Below are positions 45,471-56,500 of a DNA stretch of 64,000 nt, piece by piece. Each line of letters starts with the position of its first letter. Within the stretch, counting starts at the first letter, position 1. The translations under genes and the position numbers were made by a program. Source of the DNA: a virus. The notes under the pieces are model-generated. The model was not told where the DNA came from. It saw only the letters and a list, made by a program, of their open reading frames with translations, and did not search any database. The stretch lies in IMG/VR virus record IMGVR_UViG_3300025508_000006, positions 1 to 64,000 of that record; one strand, given 5' to 3'.

Positions 45471-47377
45471 TGTCAAATAGTGAAGTTCTCAAGGATAAGG
45501 TTGCGAATGCACAAAGTGCGGTCGATACGACACCAATTACCAATGCTGCCAATGATGCAGTAAACAACTTAAAGAATCAAGTAGAAACAACTACAGGACA
45601 GATAGCAGGTCAAGTAGAAGGTGGTATACAATCACTGACATCTAAGGTTGATAAGTTTCAGGACAAGTTAAACACTACAACTGTCGAGGGTCTGGTCGAT
45701 GACGGTATAGAAAGTCTCGAAGGAATGGCAACTGATGCTGTTGCCAAATTAGCAACCGATTTCATAGGAAAGTTTGGTTCATCTGTTAAAGTAACATTCA
45801 CTGAACCAGATTCAGCGGGTATGGTATATCCTTTGTCCGCTTCTCTTGTTCCACAAGGTGGAATAAATCCTACTGTTGCATCTATAATACAAGCGATCAC
45901 TGGTCTTGGACTCGACGCGGGTAGTCTACAGAAAGCAGTAGTTGAGGGCAGTCCTCAAGGTCTTATGGACGCAAGCAAAGACTTAGTGGGTCAGATCGGT
46001 GCTTTCAGTGGTGCTGAAGCGATTGCTAGTCTTACAGAAACTGCTGTCAACTCAGTAACCGATGTACTCAAAGACGCGACAACTGGCGCATTAAGTCAAA
46101 TCGTAGATGCTGGTGATAATGTTCTTAATAGTATCAACAAGAACTTATCGTTTCCGAGTGGTTGGGATTCTAATGGTGAAGCAACTGCGTACACTGCTAT
46201 TACAGGAGCAATGGAAAATAACGACAGTGCATTCAATCAATCCATGGCACAGTTATCGGGTTCGATAACAGACTTGAGAGCAACAGTAACTAGCGCACAA
46301 GAGATTAAAGCAAACAAAGCAGGCGAAGTATCCGATCTAGCAAATCTATCAGGCGGTAAAGACGGAAAGACTGTTCAGGCAGATGTTGATAGAGGTGCTG
46401 AATATCGATCACTGTACGACAAGAAAGGTAGTGAGTATCGCACTCTTGTCAATACGAAGATTGCTAATAACTCGAAACGTGGTATCATTCAAGGACTAAA
46501 TCAAGATACTCTAAAGAATATTAATAAAGAGTTCTATGAATTCACCTTTCCTAGAACACTCTCAGTTGAACAGATTACAGACATTGTTGACTTATGTCAA
46601 GGCGATGCTGCCGAGTTCTCTGAAGCAGTTCGAAAGATGTCTGATATAACAAAGAAAGAACATGCAGAGATTAAAACTTTTCTGAGGACTATCGACACAA
46701 CTATCTTTAGTGCAACAGCACCTATATTATCAGATAAAGTATTTGGTACTCCTTATGTTATAGGATCATTCAGAGAGTCTTGGAAACAGGGAGCAGGTGA
46801 TCCTTCATTCCCTTACATATCATCTCGTGAAGAACTTCAAGCAGATTTGAAAAACCTTAGTCGAGAAGTCACTGAGGTTGTTACTCACTGGACAGAGACA
46901 CACACGAACAAGAATATCGGGTCTGAAGAGATTAATAAATACCACATTGCCGCTGGACTAGATGGTATCGGTTATCATTATGTTATCAGAAGAGATGGTT
47001 CATTGCAAAGAGGACGTCCACTTAATATTGAAGGACAACATTCTCCTAATAACAATCATGATAAGCGAAGCATAGGAATAGTATTTGTTGGTGGTATTAA
47101 CGTACCGAGTGAAACACCCAACAGTGAAAACTTTTTATCTGCGCAGTCGTTGACAAGAAGTCAAATCAATACATTCGATCACTTCTGTCGTGCAACATAT
47201 AATATATTACCAGGTGCACAGATCGTGGGACACAGTAACATCGACGAAGACGAGTTTGATCCAGGGTTTGATGTTATCAGTTATGTTAGATCAAACTTTG
47301 GTAAGAAGAGTAAGTTCACAACTCCGCTCACTCAAGTACCCTTTACAATAGATGAGTTATTAACAAATGACAAATAA
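45470..47377 (+). CDS. virion protein with C-terminal T7-type N-acetylmuramoyl-L-alanine amidase domain
   Basis: VTHWTE, IGYHYVIRRDG..QRGRP, SIGIVFVGG, IVGH, PGFDV. Confidence 0.8.
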   Translation: MSNSEVLKDKVANAQSAVDTTPITNAANDAVNNLKNQVETTTGQIAGQVEGGIQSLTSKVDKFQDKLNTTTVEGLVDDGIESLEGMATDAVAKLATDFIGKFGSSVKVTFTEPDSAGMVYPLSASLVPQGGINPTVASIIQAITGLGLDAGSLQKAVVEGSPQGLMDASKDLVGQIGAFSGAEAIASLTETAVNSVTDVLKDATTGALSQIVDAGDNVLNSINKNLSFPSGWDSNGEATAYTAITGAMENNDSAFNQSMAQLSGSITDLRATVTSAQEIKANKAGEVSDLANLSGGKDGKTVQADVDRGAEYRSLYDKKGSEYRTLVNTKIANNSKRGIIQGLNQDTLKNINKEFYEFTFPRTLSVEQITDIVDLCQGDAAEFSEAVRKMSDITKKEHAEIKTFLRTIDTTIFSATAPILSDKVFGTPYVIGSFRESWKQGAGDPSFPYISSREELQADLKNLSREVTEVVTHWTETHTNKNIGSEEINKYHIAAGLDGIGYHYVIRRDGSLQRGRPLNIEGQHSPNNNHDKRSIGIVFVGGINVPSETPNSENFLSAQSLTRSQINTFDHFCRATYNILPGAQIVGHSNIDEDEFDPGFDVISYVRSNFGKKSKFTTPLTQVPFTIDELLTNDK

Positions 47378-48821
47378 ACTAGACAATCTTGACGCACGAA
47401 CAAAGTTTGTTGGTGAAGGTCAGGAAGCAAGTGTGGGTGTTCCGAAAGACGGGTTTGCTGATGCGTCTGGTGAGTTTCCTAATCGCGAATACTTCTTTGG
47501 TAGTAGTATAAACAAGGCAGCAAAAGGCGAAAAGATAAACAATCTTGATTTGGGCGGTGGTGACTTCGGAGTATCAATTGATATTCCATCACAGAAACCA
47601 TCTCAGTTTCCTTATAATCAAGTACAAGAAACCCAGTCTGGTCATTCTATAGAAGTAGACGACACTCCTGGCGGTGAACGTATTCTTCTCAAGCACAGAA
47701 CCGGTGCTGGTGTAGAGTTACGTGCTGACGGTACTGTTCTAATAGTCTCGAAGAATCAAAAGATCGAAGTGACTGGTGGTGATCATACAACGATTATTGA
47801 AGGTGAAGGTAATCTTGTCTATAAAGGTAACCTTAATCTTACTGTATCGGGTGATTATAATGTTGATGTTGAGGGTAATTATAATCTCAATATTGCAGGA
47901 GATAAAAAGGAAGATATTAAAGGTAGACACACCAAAACAGTAAACAAAGATCAAAACTATACTATTCGCGGTTCACGCGGTAGTCAAGTAGTTGGCATGA
48001 ATACAGAAACTATGCTCGGTGATAATAATGTTATTGTCGCAGGAAAACAACAGAACTTAGTACAAGGCAATATAGAGATACTAACAGGCGCCTCACTAAT
48101 TACGACTGCTGTTAATGAGTGGGTTGCGGCGGCATCGACTGCTAATGTAACAGCACGACACGTTAGTATAATTGGTCACAAAGGAACTATCGGTGGACCA
48201 CTTGTCGATTACTACGGTAAAACATATGGCGGTATGCCTGGCGGTCTGACTAATCTATCAACATTCTATGGGACATTAGTGGGTAAAGCATCCGAATCGA
48301 TTCATGCTGACTATGCTATACTGTCGTCTATATCACAGTTTGCAGAAGGTGCGGCAACTGCAATCATTGCTAAGAAAGAAGCGCCATGTATAGTAAAACC
48401 TCCATCACCAAAACCAGGCATTATGCCCTTCATACCAGTCCCTCCTACTGCGCCTCTGCCAAACCCAGCAATCATTGAGACTCAGTTAGCAACAAGTAAT
48501 TATGGTATCAGAAACGTTGTGGTCGATTCAAAACTAGCAGATAAGATAAGCAAGTCAGACGACTATAAAGGACTCTTCAACTTTGATCCTACTATTCATG
48601 AGATTCGTTCTAAGTTACGTGATCCCGCTAACTTTGATAATGGTGGGTTCACAAGTTATCTAGTGAGTGAAGGCAAACTAAACAAAGACTTTAAGAAGAA
48701 CATTCCCCGAAACATTGGACGATCTGCATCTAAGAAAGGAACTATTAGATTTGGCATCAACACTCTCGGCAACAACCCTGCTGACACCAGAAGCAAGCGA
48801 TTTAAGGTAAATACGAAATGA
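47367..48821 (+). CDS. gp5 C-terminal beta-helix spike portion
   Basis: FPYN.V.ET.SGH..EVDDTPGGERI...H.TG, VxG repeats. Confidence 0.85.
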   Translation: MTNKLDNLDARTKFVGEGQEASVGVPKDGFADASGEFPNREYFFGSSINKAAKGEKINNLDLGGGDFGVSIDIPSQKPSQFPYNQVQETQSGHSIEVDDTPGGERILLKHRTGAGVELRADGTVLIVSKNQKIEVTGGDHTTIIEGEGNLVYKGNLNLTVSGDYNVDVEGNYNLNIAGDKKEDIKGRHTKTVNKDQNYTIRGSRGSQVVGMNTETMLGDNNVIVAGKQQNLVQGNIEILTGASLITTAVNEWVAAASTANVTARHVSIIGHKGTIGGPLVDYYGKTYGGMPGGLTNLSTFYGTLVGKASESIHADYAILSSISQFAEGAATAIIAKKEAPCIVKPPSPKPGIMPFIPVPPTAPLPNPAIIETQLATSNYGIRNVVVDSKLADKISKSDDYKGLFNFDPTIHEIRSKLRDPANFDNGGFTSYLVSEGKLNKDFKKNIPRNIGRSASKKGTIRFGINTLGNNPADTRSKRFKVNTK

Positions 48822-49585
48822 AGTTATTGGTAGATCCACAATATAATCCAGAGTTTGAAGCGTCTATCACATCAGCAACTAAACTTGGTCCAGGCATATC
48901 GCTTGCTAAGTTTCTGGGTGCTAGAGGATCACGTACACAATTAGAGAAACTATATGCTGACGGTTTCTTTGGTGCACCTGATACAGCACAGATTGCTAGA
49001 AACTTAGTTCTTCATGCGCAGGCAATACAAACTGTAACCGGCAATTCATTCTTTTCTAAACATAGACTAGTAGTGAGTGAAGGTATATATGAACCTAATC
49101 CTAAGTTTGTTATACAAGAGACTAAAGTAAACGACGAAGCGGCAGCAAAGAAACTAGCAGAGAACAATAAAGGTTCTTACGGTAAAGGTCCTGACGGATG
49201 GTTAGCAAGAATACCAGTATACACTGGCGAGAAACCAACGTCAAATAGTATCAACGATTTGCGTAGAACTGGACGCACAGTAGTATATCAACTGATCGAT
49301 CAACAAGGTAAGACTGATCCTAGATTGTCATTTGATCTTGCGGTGTTCTGGAAAGATTATGTGAACTATGATAAGTTGACACTAGACTACGACACTTTTG
49401 ATCCGAACGGTGATCTCACCTGTTCTATTATATTAGAGATGCCGAAGGTTGGTACTGATTGGGATGTAAGTTATAAGTTCAATCTCGAAACAACTTACAA
49501 TGGTGAACTTCAATCAAAAGATGAGTTGTTAGAGATACTTCCTGAAGAAGATGATGAATCTAGCATATTTGATTTTTTCTCTTAG
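48818..49585 (+). CDS. hypothetical baseplate-region protein
   Basis: ATGA overlap; lies between gp5C and gp25. Confidence 0.7.
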   Translation: MKLLVDPQYNPEFEASITSATKLGPGISLAKFLGARGSRTQLEKLYADGFFGAPDTAQIARNLVLHAQAIQTVTGNSFFSKHRLVVSEGIYEPNPKFVIQETKVNDEAAAKKLAENNKGSYGKGPDGWLARIPVYTGEKPTSNSINDLRRTGRTVVYQLIDQQGKTDPRLSFDLAVFWKDYVNYDKLTLDYDTFDPNGDLTCSIILEMPKVGTDWDVSYKFNLETTYNGELQSKDELLEILPEEDDESSIFDFFS

Positions 49586-49593
49586 AAATAACA

Positions 49594-49601
49594 TATAAAT
49601 A
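49594..49601 (+). promoter_or_regulatory. T4-type late promoter
   Basis: TATAAATA upstream of gp25. Confidence 0.8.
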
Positions 49602-49622
49602 AAAGAAAAAGGTTTTAGTAGC

Positions 49623-50297
49623 ATGGCGAAGATTTTTTCAGCAGAAGATGGTAATCTCAGCACGAGTGTTAGAGTTGTGCGCGAACGTCTGTACTCTGAT
49701 TTTGATCTCACGTTTGAGGCAAATACTACTAGTGGCGGTGATTTATATAAAAAGACAGATGCCGCTTCAGTAAAACAAGCAATCAAAACACTTCTACTAA
49801 CGAGCAGATTCGAGAAACCTTACAAACCACAGTTTGGTGCCGACTTAAACTCTTTACTTTTTGATCTTGCGGATGCTGATACAGGCGAAGAAATATCGTC
49901 TGCTATCAAGACTGCAATAGAAAGATACGAACCACGAGTAGCAGTAACACGACTTCAAGTCTCAGCAACACCAGATTATAATAGTGTTGATGTTGTTGTT
50001 GAATTTCGTGTAATGAATACAGACCAAGTTGACACACTAAGATTATCAGTTGGTGGTCAGACAGCAGGTCCTGCAATATCTATCGAGTTGCCAGTTACAC
50101 CTGATCAGATTGTTGATCGAGTTATACTATCAGAAAGAGAAGGTGTAGTTACTCTAAGAACATTGACCGAAGCGGGTGCATTCTTAATTAGAGACATCGG
50201 TAAGACTGTTGACGGTGCAATATTAACACAAGACGGTGATGAGATAGCGTTATCTGGTGATTCAGGTGACGTACTAATCAAAACCGTAGGATTATAA
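49623..50297 (+). CDS. gp25: baseplate wedge gp25 with C-terminal extension
   Basis: YSDFDL.F, VKQAIK.LLLT...EKP..P.FG, I.RYEPRV. Confidence 0.88.
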   Translation: MAKIFSAEDGNLSTSVRVVRERLYSDFDLTFEANTTSGGDLYKKTDAASVKQAIKTLLLTSRFEKPYKPQFGADLNSLLFDLADADTGEEISSAIKTAIERYEPRVAVTRLQVSATPDYNSVDVVVEFRVMNTDQVDTLRLSVGGQTAGPAISIELPVTPDQIVDRVILSEREGVVTLRTLTEAGAFLIRDIGKTVDGAILTQDGDEIALSGDSGDVLIKTVGL

Positions 50298-50314
50298 TAA
50301 GAGGATAACCAGTA

Positions 50315-52105
50315 ATGGCAACAACTATTAAATCTACGGATTTAGATTTTGATGCAATCAAGAATAGTCTTAAAACACATTTGATACAATCAGGTGAATT
50401 CAATGACTATAACTTCGAGGGATCGGCACTGTCTAGTCTGCTAGATGTGTTGGCATATAATACACATCAAAATTCACTAGTCGCTAACTATGCTCTAAAC
50501 GAATCATTTTTGAGTACTGCGCAAATGCGCTCCTCACTTGTAGGTCTAGCGGGTGGTTTGGGTTATACTGTCAACTCAAGAACTGCGGCATATGCTGTCG
50601 TGAATCTTTGGATTGAGGATAACGATAATCCATCTAGTGTTACGATGCCCGCAGGTTTTAAGTTTACTACTACCGTTGACAATCTAACGTACACCTTTCA
50701 GACTCGCGACACATTAACCGCAACAAACAATGGTAGTAATCTATATTACTTTACAGCGAATGCTAACATCAATGTTCCTATCTACGAAGGCACATCTAAG
50801 AGCAAGAACTTTATTGCGGGTGAAACGTCTTCTTCAGATTCATATGTTATTCCTGTAACTAATATTGATATCGCAACTATTAAAGTTACTGTATACGAAG
50901 ATCCTTCGCATGTTGTAGGAACGGTTTACACTAACATTTCTAACGCGACAACTATTGACGTGAACTCCGCTATTTTTGTCGCGAAAGAAACACCGAACGG
51001 TTTCTATGAAATATCGTTTGGTAACGGTGTTAGATTCACAAACACTACTCCTAAAGCGGGCAACAGAATACTAGTTGAATATACTACAGTAGCAGGTCCT
51101 TTAGCAAACGGTGCTAGAACATTTACTGCTGAAAGCACTGTCGGTAATGGTAAAACATTAAACATTACTAGCGGAACTTCTGGTGGCGGCAACGAGAAAG
51201 AAGGTATCGAATCTATTCGTAAGAATGCTCCTTATCTTTATGCTTCACAAAACAGAATGGTTACTGCCGAAGACTATGCGGCACTAACACTACGCAATTT
51301 CAAGACTGTTATCAGCGACATCAAAGCATGGGGTGGACAAGACAATGTTCCTCCTAGATATGGTTCTGTATTTCTGTCAGTCGATTTCACTACAGAAGAT
51401 GCTACAGTTATTCTGACCACTAAAGAAGCGATTAAGAGACTTGCAAAAGATTTGTCTGTTGCTTCATTCGACATTCAGTTCTCAGATCCAGTTAATACTT
51501 TCTTAGAAGTGACAACATTCTTCCAGTTTAATCCAAGATTAACATCACTGGGTCAGTCTGCGGTTGAGGCATTGGTACAAAGTGCTACTTCAGATTATTT
51601 TGATGAGAATCTAGGGAAGTTCAATCAATCGTTCCGTCGTTCTAATTTGCTATCCGATATTGATACAGTTGACGGTTCTGTATTGTCTAGTCGATCATCA
51701 ATTAAAATGCAATCAAGATTTGATCCTATCGACGGTGCTGTTGATTACATCATCGACTATCCTGCTCCTATTGCACAACCAGACGATGTTGAGTATGTCA
51801 TACAAAGTGAGAACTTCTTCTTGAACGGTAAGACGTGTTTCTTACGTAATAGAATCAGCACAAGCGTAATTGAGGCAATTAATGTTGCTGACGGTCTTGT
51901 TGAAGTAGATGTAATTGGATCATACGATGCACCTCTAGGCACACTTACTCTTAATGCTTTCGCGGGTTCTTTGATCTCGGGTGACTTCATGAAGATTGTT
52001 GCGACACCTGCCAATCAGTCGGTAATTAATCCAACAAGAAACAATATCCTGAGATTCGACAACGAAGCGTCTATCGCTAGAGCAGTGCTTACAGACACCT
52101 TATAA
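50315..52105 (+). CDS. gp6: baseplate wedge gp6
   Basis: LDFD.IK..L, DYNFEGS.LS.LLDVLAYNT, NESFL.TA, E.IESIR.NAP, QNRMVTAEDY. Confidence 0.93.
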   Translation: MATTIKSTDLDFDAIKNSLKTHLIQSGEFNDYNFEGSALSSLLDVLAYNTHQNSLVANYALNESFLSTAQMRSSLVGLAGGLGYTVNSRTAAYAVVNLWIEDNDNPSSVTMPAGFKFTTTVDNLTYTFQTRDTLTATNNGSNLYYFTANANINVPIYEGTSKSKNFIAGETSSSDSYVIPVTNIDIATIKVTVYEDPSHVVGTVYTNISNATTIDVNSAIFVAKETPNGFYEISFGNGVRFTNTTPKAGNRILVEYTTVAGPLANGARTFTAESTVGNGKTLNITSGTSGGGNEKEGIESIRKNAPYLYASQNRMVTAEDYAALTLRNFKTVISDIKAWGGQDNVPPRYGSVFLSVDFTTEDATVILTTKEAIKRLAKDLSVASFDIQFSDPVNTFLEVTTFFQFNPRLTSLGQSAVEALVQSATSDYFDENLGKFNQSFRRSNLLSDIDTVDGSVLSSRSSIKMQSRFDPIDGAVDYIIDYPAPIAQPDDVEYVIQSENFFLNGKTCFLRNRISTSVIEAINVADGLVEVDVIGSYDAPLGTLTLNAFAGSLISGDFMKIVATPANQSVINPTRNNILRFDNEASIARAVLTDTL

Positions 52106-52108
52106 ATA
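52101..52108 (+). promoter_or_regulatory. T4-type late promoter
   Basis: TATAAATA upstream of gp8. Confidence 0.8.
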
Positions 52109-52135
52109 GACTCATATTACTAAAGAGAAAAATAA

Positions 52136-53530
52136 ATGACATCTGCAATTACTAATACGTTTAGGAGTCTTCTTTTAGATCAACTTAAAGAAGACATCGA
52201 CGGCACGAGCGAGAACTATTATATTGGTCTTGCGAGGGCGGACTTGATTACCAATCCTACGATTGAAAACTCGATCTATGCGCAGAATCAAGTTAGACAT
52301 TCTCTTCAGGCAGTTAAAGCACTGAATAACGCCTCTCATGTTATTAAGAACGTTACTTGGTCATCTGGTTTTGCTTACGAATCCTATAACGATGCTCTAC
52401 CTGCTCAAGAGAATTTCTATGTTATTAATTCATCAAGAGAAGTGTTTATCTGTATAGAGCAAGGTAAAAATGCTGAAGGTATTGTTCAGCAGTCAGTAAA
52501 TCAACCATTCGCATCGCATGAACGATCTGTTGTGAATGGAGGTGGTTTAGCATCTAATGGTAAAACCTTTATTCTCGAAGACCTATATAAGTGGCGTTAC
52601 CTGTTCACACTATCAAACCTTGCATATGCTACATACAAAACAAACGAATGGATTCCAGTAAAGAAAGCATTATCTACTGCAACTATTGCAGAAGAGATAG
52701 AACAGTACACACTACAACAAGCATCAACTGACGGTGAAATTCTCAGTGTTGAAATTGTTGATGGAGGTTCAGGTTATACTGCAACTCCTGATCTCACGAT
52801 AGATGGTGATGGTATTTTAGCAGACTTTGAAGTCACTATCAATAATGGTAGTGTTGTAAAAGTAGAAGTATCGCAAAGTGAACTTGACGCATCGTATCAA
52901 CACGGAACAGGTTATCGGTGTGCAATAGCAACATTATCTGCTGGTAATGCAGTACTGCGACCAATCATATCACCTCCGAAGGGCACACACGACGATCCAA
53001 CTAAGATTCTAAAGTCGGTTGCACTAATGTTACAAGCAGATTTTAAATCGGACGAAGACGCGAAGATTCGAACAGAGAATGATTTTTATCAAACTTGTTT
53101 ATTGAGAAATCTAAAGAAGTATGGTGACAGTGATGGAGAACAAGGTTATGTTGGTACAGATTCTGACTTTGATTTGAATGTTGGCAGCGCATTAAAAATT
53201 CTACAAATTAATAAAACAAATGGCGTGTTTGGTCCAGATGATGTATTCTCTAATGCTGAAAACACCATACAAGGTAAAGTGTATCACTATGATTCTGACG
53301 GTGCACAAAAGTTATATTATTATCAAGACGAGACTACAGGATTCGGTAAGTTTAATACCGGAGGTTCTCTTGTCAATAGAACCGTAACAGGCACAGGCAA
53401 CATTCTTAGATTATTTAATCCTGACGTTGACGCCACAACCGGTGATATTTTACACATAAATAATGTTGGACAGATAACACGCGGTTCTAATCAAACCGAA
53501 GACATTCGCATCGTAATTCAGTTAGGATAA
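52136..53530 (+). CDS. gp8: baseplate wedge gp8
   Basis: W.SG..Y, FYVINS..VF.C, YKW.YLF, EWIPV, GDIL..N...I.R..NQTEDIRIVIQ. Confidence 0.85.
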   Translation: MTSAITNTFRSLLLDQLKEDIDGTSENYYIGLARADLITNPTIENSIYAQNQVRHSLQAVKALNNASHVIKNVTWSSGFAYESYNDALPAQENFYVINSSREVFICIEQGKNAEGIVQQSVNQPFASHERSVVNGGGLASNGKTFILEDLYKWRYLFTLSNLAYATYKTNEWIPVKKALSTATIAEEIEQYTLQQASTDGEILSVEIVDGGSGYTATPDLTIDGDGILADFEVTINNGSVVKVEVSQSELDASYQHGTGYRCAIATLSAGNAVLRPIISPPKGTHDDPTKILKSVALMLQADFKSDEDAKIRTENDFYQTCLLRNLKKYGDSDGEQGYVGTDSDFDLNVGSALKILQINKTNGVFGPDDVFSNAENTIQGKVYHYDSDGAQKLYYYQDETTGFGKFNTGGSLVNRTVTGTGNILRLFNPDVDATTGDILHINNVGQITRGSNQTEDIRIVIQLG

Positions 53531-53542
53531 GAGACTAAAAAC

Positions 53543-56500
53543 ATGGCAAATATATTCACATCTAATACGTTATCTGGAAGTTATGCAGACGATTATAACG
53601 CTAATGACAACTATCATCAGATATTGTTTAACAGCGGTCGCGCACTTCAGTCACGAGAACTTACACAGATGCAGACTCTTATCTATGAAGAGATGGGTCG
53701 CATGGGTTCGAACATATTTAAAGACGGTGCAGTAGTAAATGGTGGTGGTGTTAGCATGAACAATGCTTATCACTTCGTCAAGATTGCATCTACTAATCAG
53801 GGTGGCGAGTTCGGTGCTATACCAAACGGCACTATCATAAAGAATCCTAACACAAATGTTTCTGCTCAGGTTATTCAAGCGATACCTGCTAACGGTACTC
53901 AGTTATTTGATACACTGTTCGTTGAGTACATTAATAGTGGTAATGCACTAGCGACAAATTCACCAACTACATTTGGTGATAACGAAACCCTAGTTGAGCA
54001 ATTTGCTACAAGCAGTGCTTATGAGTTAGTGACAGAGACTCCTGATGCGACAGGTTACGGTGCTAAGTTTACTGTTGCAGAAGGCGACTTCTTCATTCTA
54101 GGTCGTTTTGTTCATACCGAAGAACAGTCGATTATTCTTTCATCTTATACTGGTGACAACATTAATGCTGAGGTAGGTTTCAAAGTCATTCAGCAAGTAG
54201 TAACTGTTACAGATACCGATTCTCTCTATGACAATGCTTCGGGTATTGTTAATACTGCTTCACCTGGTGCTGATCGACTTCGCATCAGATTAGAACTTAC
54301 TACTAGAGATTTGATTGGAGTAAACGATACGTTCGTATTCCTTGCAGAGGTTGAAAACTCAGCAATCAGTGAACAACTACAATCTATTGACGCATATAGT
54401 AAAATCGAAGAACTTCTTGCGCTACGTACTAAGGAAGAGTCTGGTGATTATGTTGTCGAACCTTTCATTGTTAATGTCAGTGAAAACGACAATGGCATAG
54501 ATGCTAATCTCGAACTTAATGTAAGTGAAGGTACTGCATATGTAAATGGTTATCGTGCAGAGAATCAATCACCAATTACTTTAAGTCTTCCACGACCAAC
54601 AGAAACCGAGACAGTAGAGAACGATGTTATCGGTGTGAACTACGGCAACTACTTTGTATGTACTGCAAACAGAGGTCTTCCTAATCTTGATCTTGCAAGA
54701 GTTGACTTGTGGAGCGCAACAGGTTATGGCGGTGGTGGTACTGATTACGGTACTTGTCGTATTCGTGCAGTAGAACCTTTCGGAACTAAGTTTAAAGTTT
54801 ATGTATTTGACATGAGAGTGTTTACTACAGAAGACCTCGGTAATGTAAAAAGTATTGGTTCCTCAACTACTGATTACTTCGATATCGATTTACAGGGTGG
54901 TAAAGCAGTACTACACGAAACTACTAATAATAATACAGCATTATTTGCAGCGGCATATCCTCGTATAGAGTCTCTTGCAGATATTGTGTTATCAAAACAA
55001 GTACGTCAACAAAAGACTGCATCCACTAATGCTGTCACTCTTGATCAGTTACCCGTGGGTTCTTCATATGTAGATTCATCTTTATGGATTGTAAGTTTAA
55101 GCAGTGCAGTGATCGAAGCACCTAGCACCTACACTGTTGCTATCACTAACGGTGGTAGAGATGCTACTATAACAAGTCTTGCTAGTGCTTCTGGTACGTA
55201 TGAAATTCTTGCTTATGTTCAGAAGACTGCAACAGTTCGTCCAAAGACTCTCACAACCGCAACTGCAACTATCAACAGTACTACTGACTCTGCTGGTCGT
55301 ACATTGTTTGATATTGGTGTTCCTGACATCTACTCTATTGATTCAGTGCGTCAAAGTAACAGTGTAGGTTTTGATCTCTCGTCCGCAGTAGTACTTGACG
55401 ATGGACAACGTGACAACTATTATGCTGACGGTAGTCTTTTACTCAAAGAAGGTCATGCAGATCCTTCTGCGATCTACATTTCATATAAGCACTTTGCACG
55501 AGGCAGTGGTGATTTCTACGCTCCTTCTTCTTACAACGTTCCTTATAAAGATATTCCTTTACATACATCAGTCACTGGTGATACAATTGATCTACGTGAT
55601 GTTGTTGACTTCAGAGGAGATAGAAATGGTTTCGAAGGAACTTTCTCTAATGTCAATGCTCTACCTAGAGTAGGTACTAATATTACTGCTGATATCGACT
55701 ATTATCTACCTCGTGCAGATAAAGTGATTATTACACCAGAAGGTGAAGTACAAGTATTAATGGGTCAGCAAGCGCGTGAACCTCAGTTCAAAGAAACGCC
55801 TATGCACTCTATGGAACTATACAAGATTATTCTCAACGGTAATACTATCAGCGAAAATGATTTGACTGTACTTCCAACAGCACAGCAACGCGGTTACACG
55901 ATGAAAGATATTGGTGATATTGATCGCAAATTAGATGCTCTTGAAGAATCCACATCATTAAGCATTGCAGAACTTGAAGCGAGATTGGACAATGTTCTTG
56001 ATAGTGCTGGTGTTATTCGTATCATTAGTGGTATGCAAGTAGACGAGCATGGCGATCAAGGCAATAGTGAAGTCGAATCACCCGATTATAAGGCAGCAAT
56101 TGATCCTGAGAATCGTTTAGTACGTCCTTCTTTTGAAGAAGGTAATATGCGTCTAATCTTCGACTCGGCGGCATCTTCGGGTGTTGTTAAGAAAGGTGAT
56201 AATGTTTATCTTGCTCACACCGAAGCATCTTGGGTAAACCAAAGTATTGCATCACGGTCAGTTAAGATCAATCCGTTCGGTCTTATTGATAATGTAGGAA
56301 CGATGAAACTATCACCATCAACTGATGAGTGGAAAGAATCTATTCAAAATGCCGCCAAGTCTCTTGCGGGTTCGGGTCGTCTATTCGGTAATCAGGCATT
56401 CTTATGGAATAACTGGATGTGGAACTGGCAGGGACGTACTGCGAAAGAGAATGCTGAAATTTCTAAGTTGGCAGGAGTAGTTCGTACTGGTTCTGGCAGA

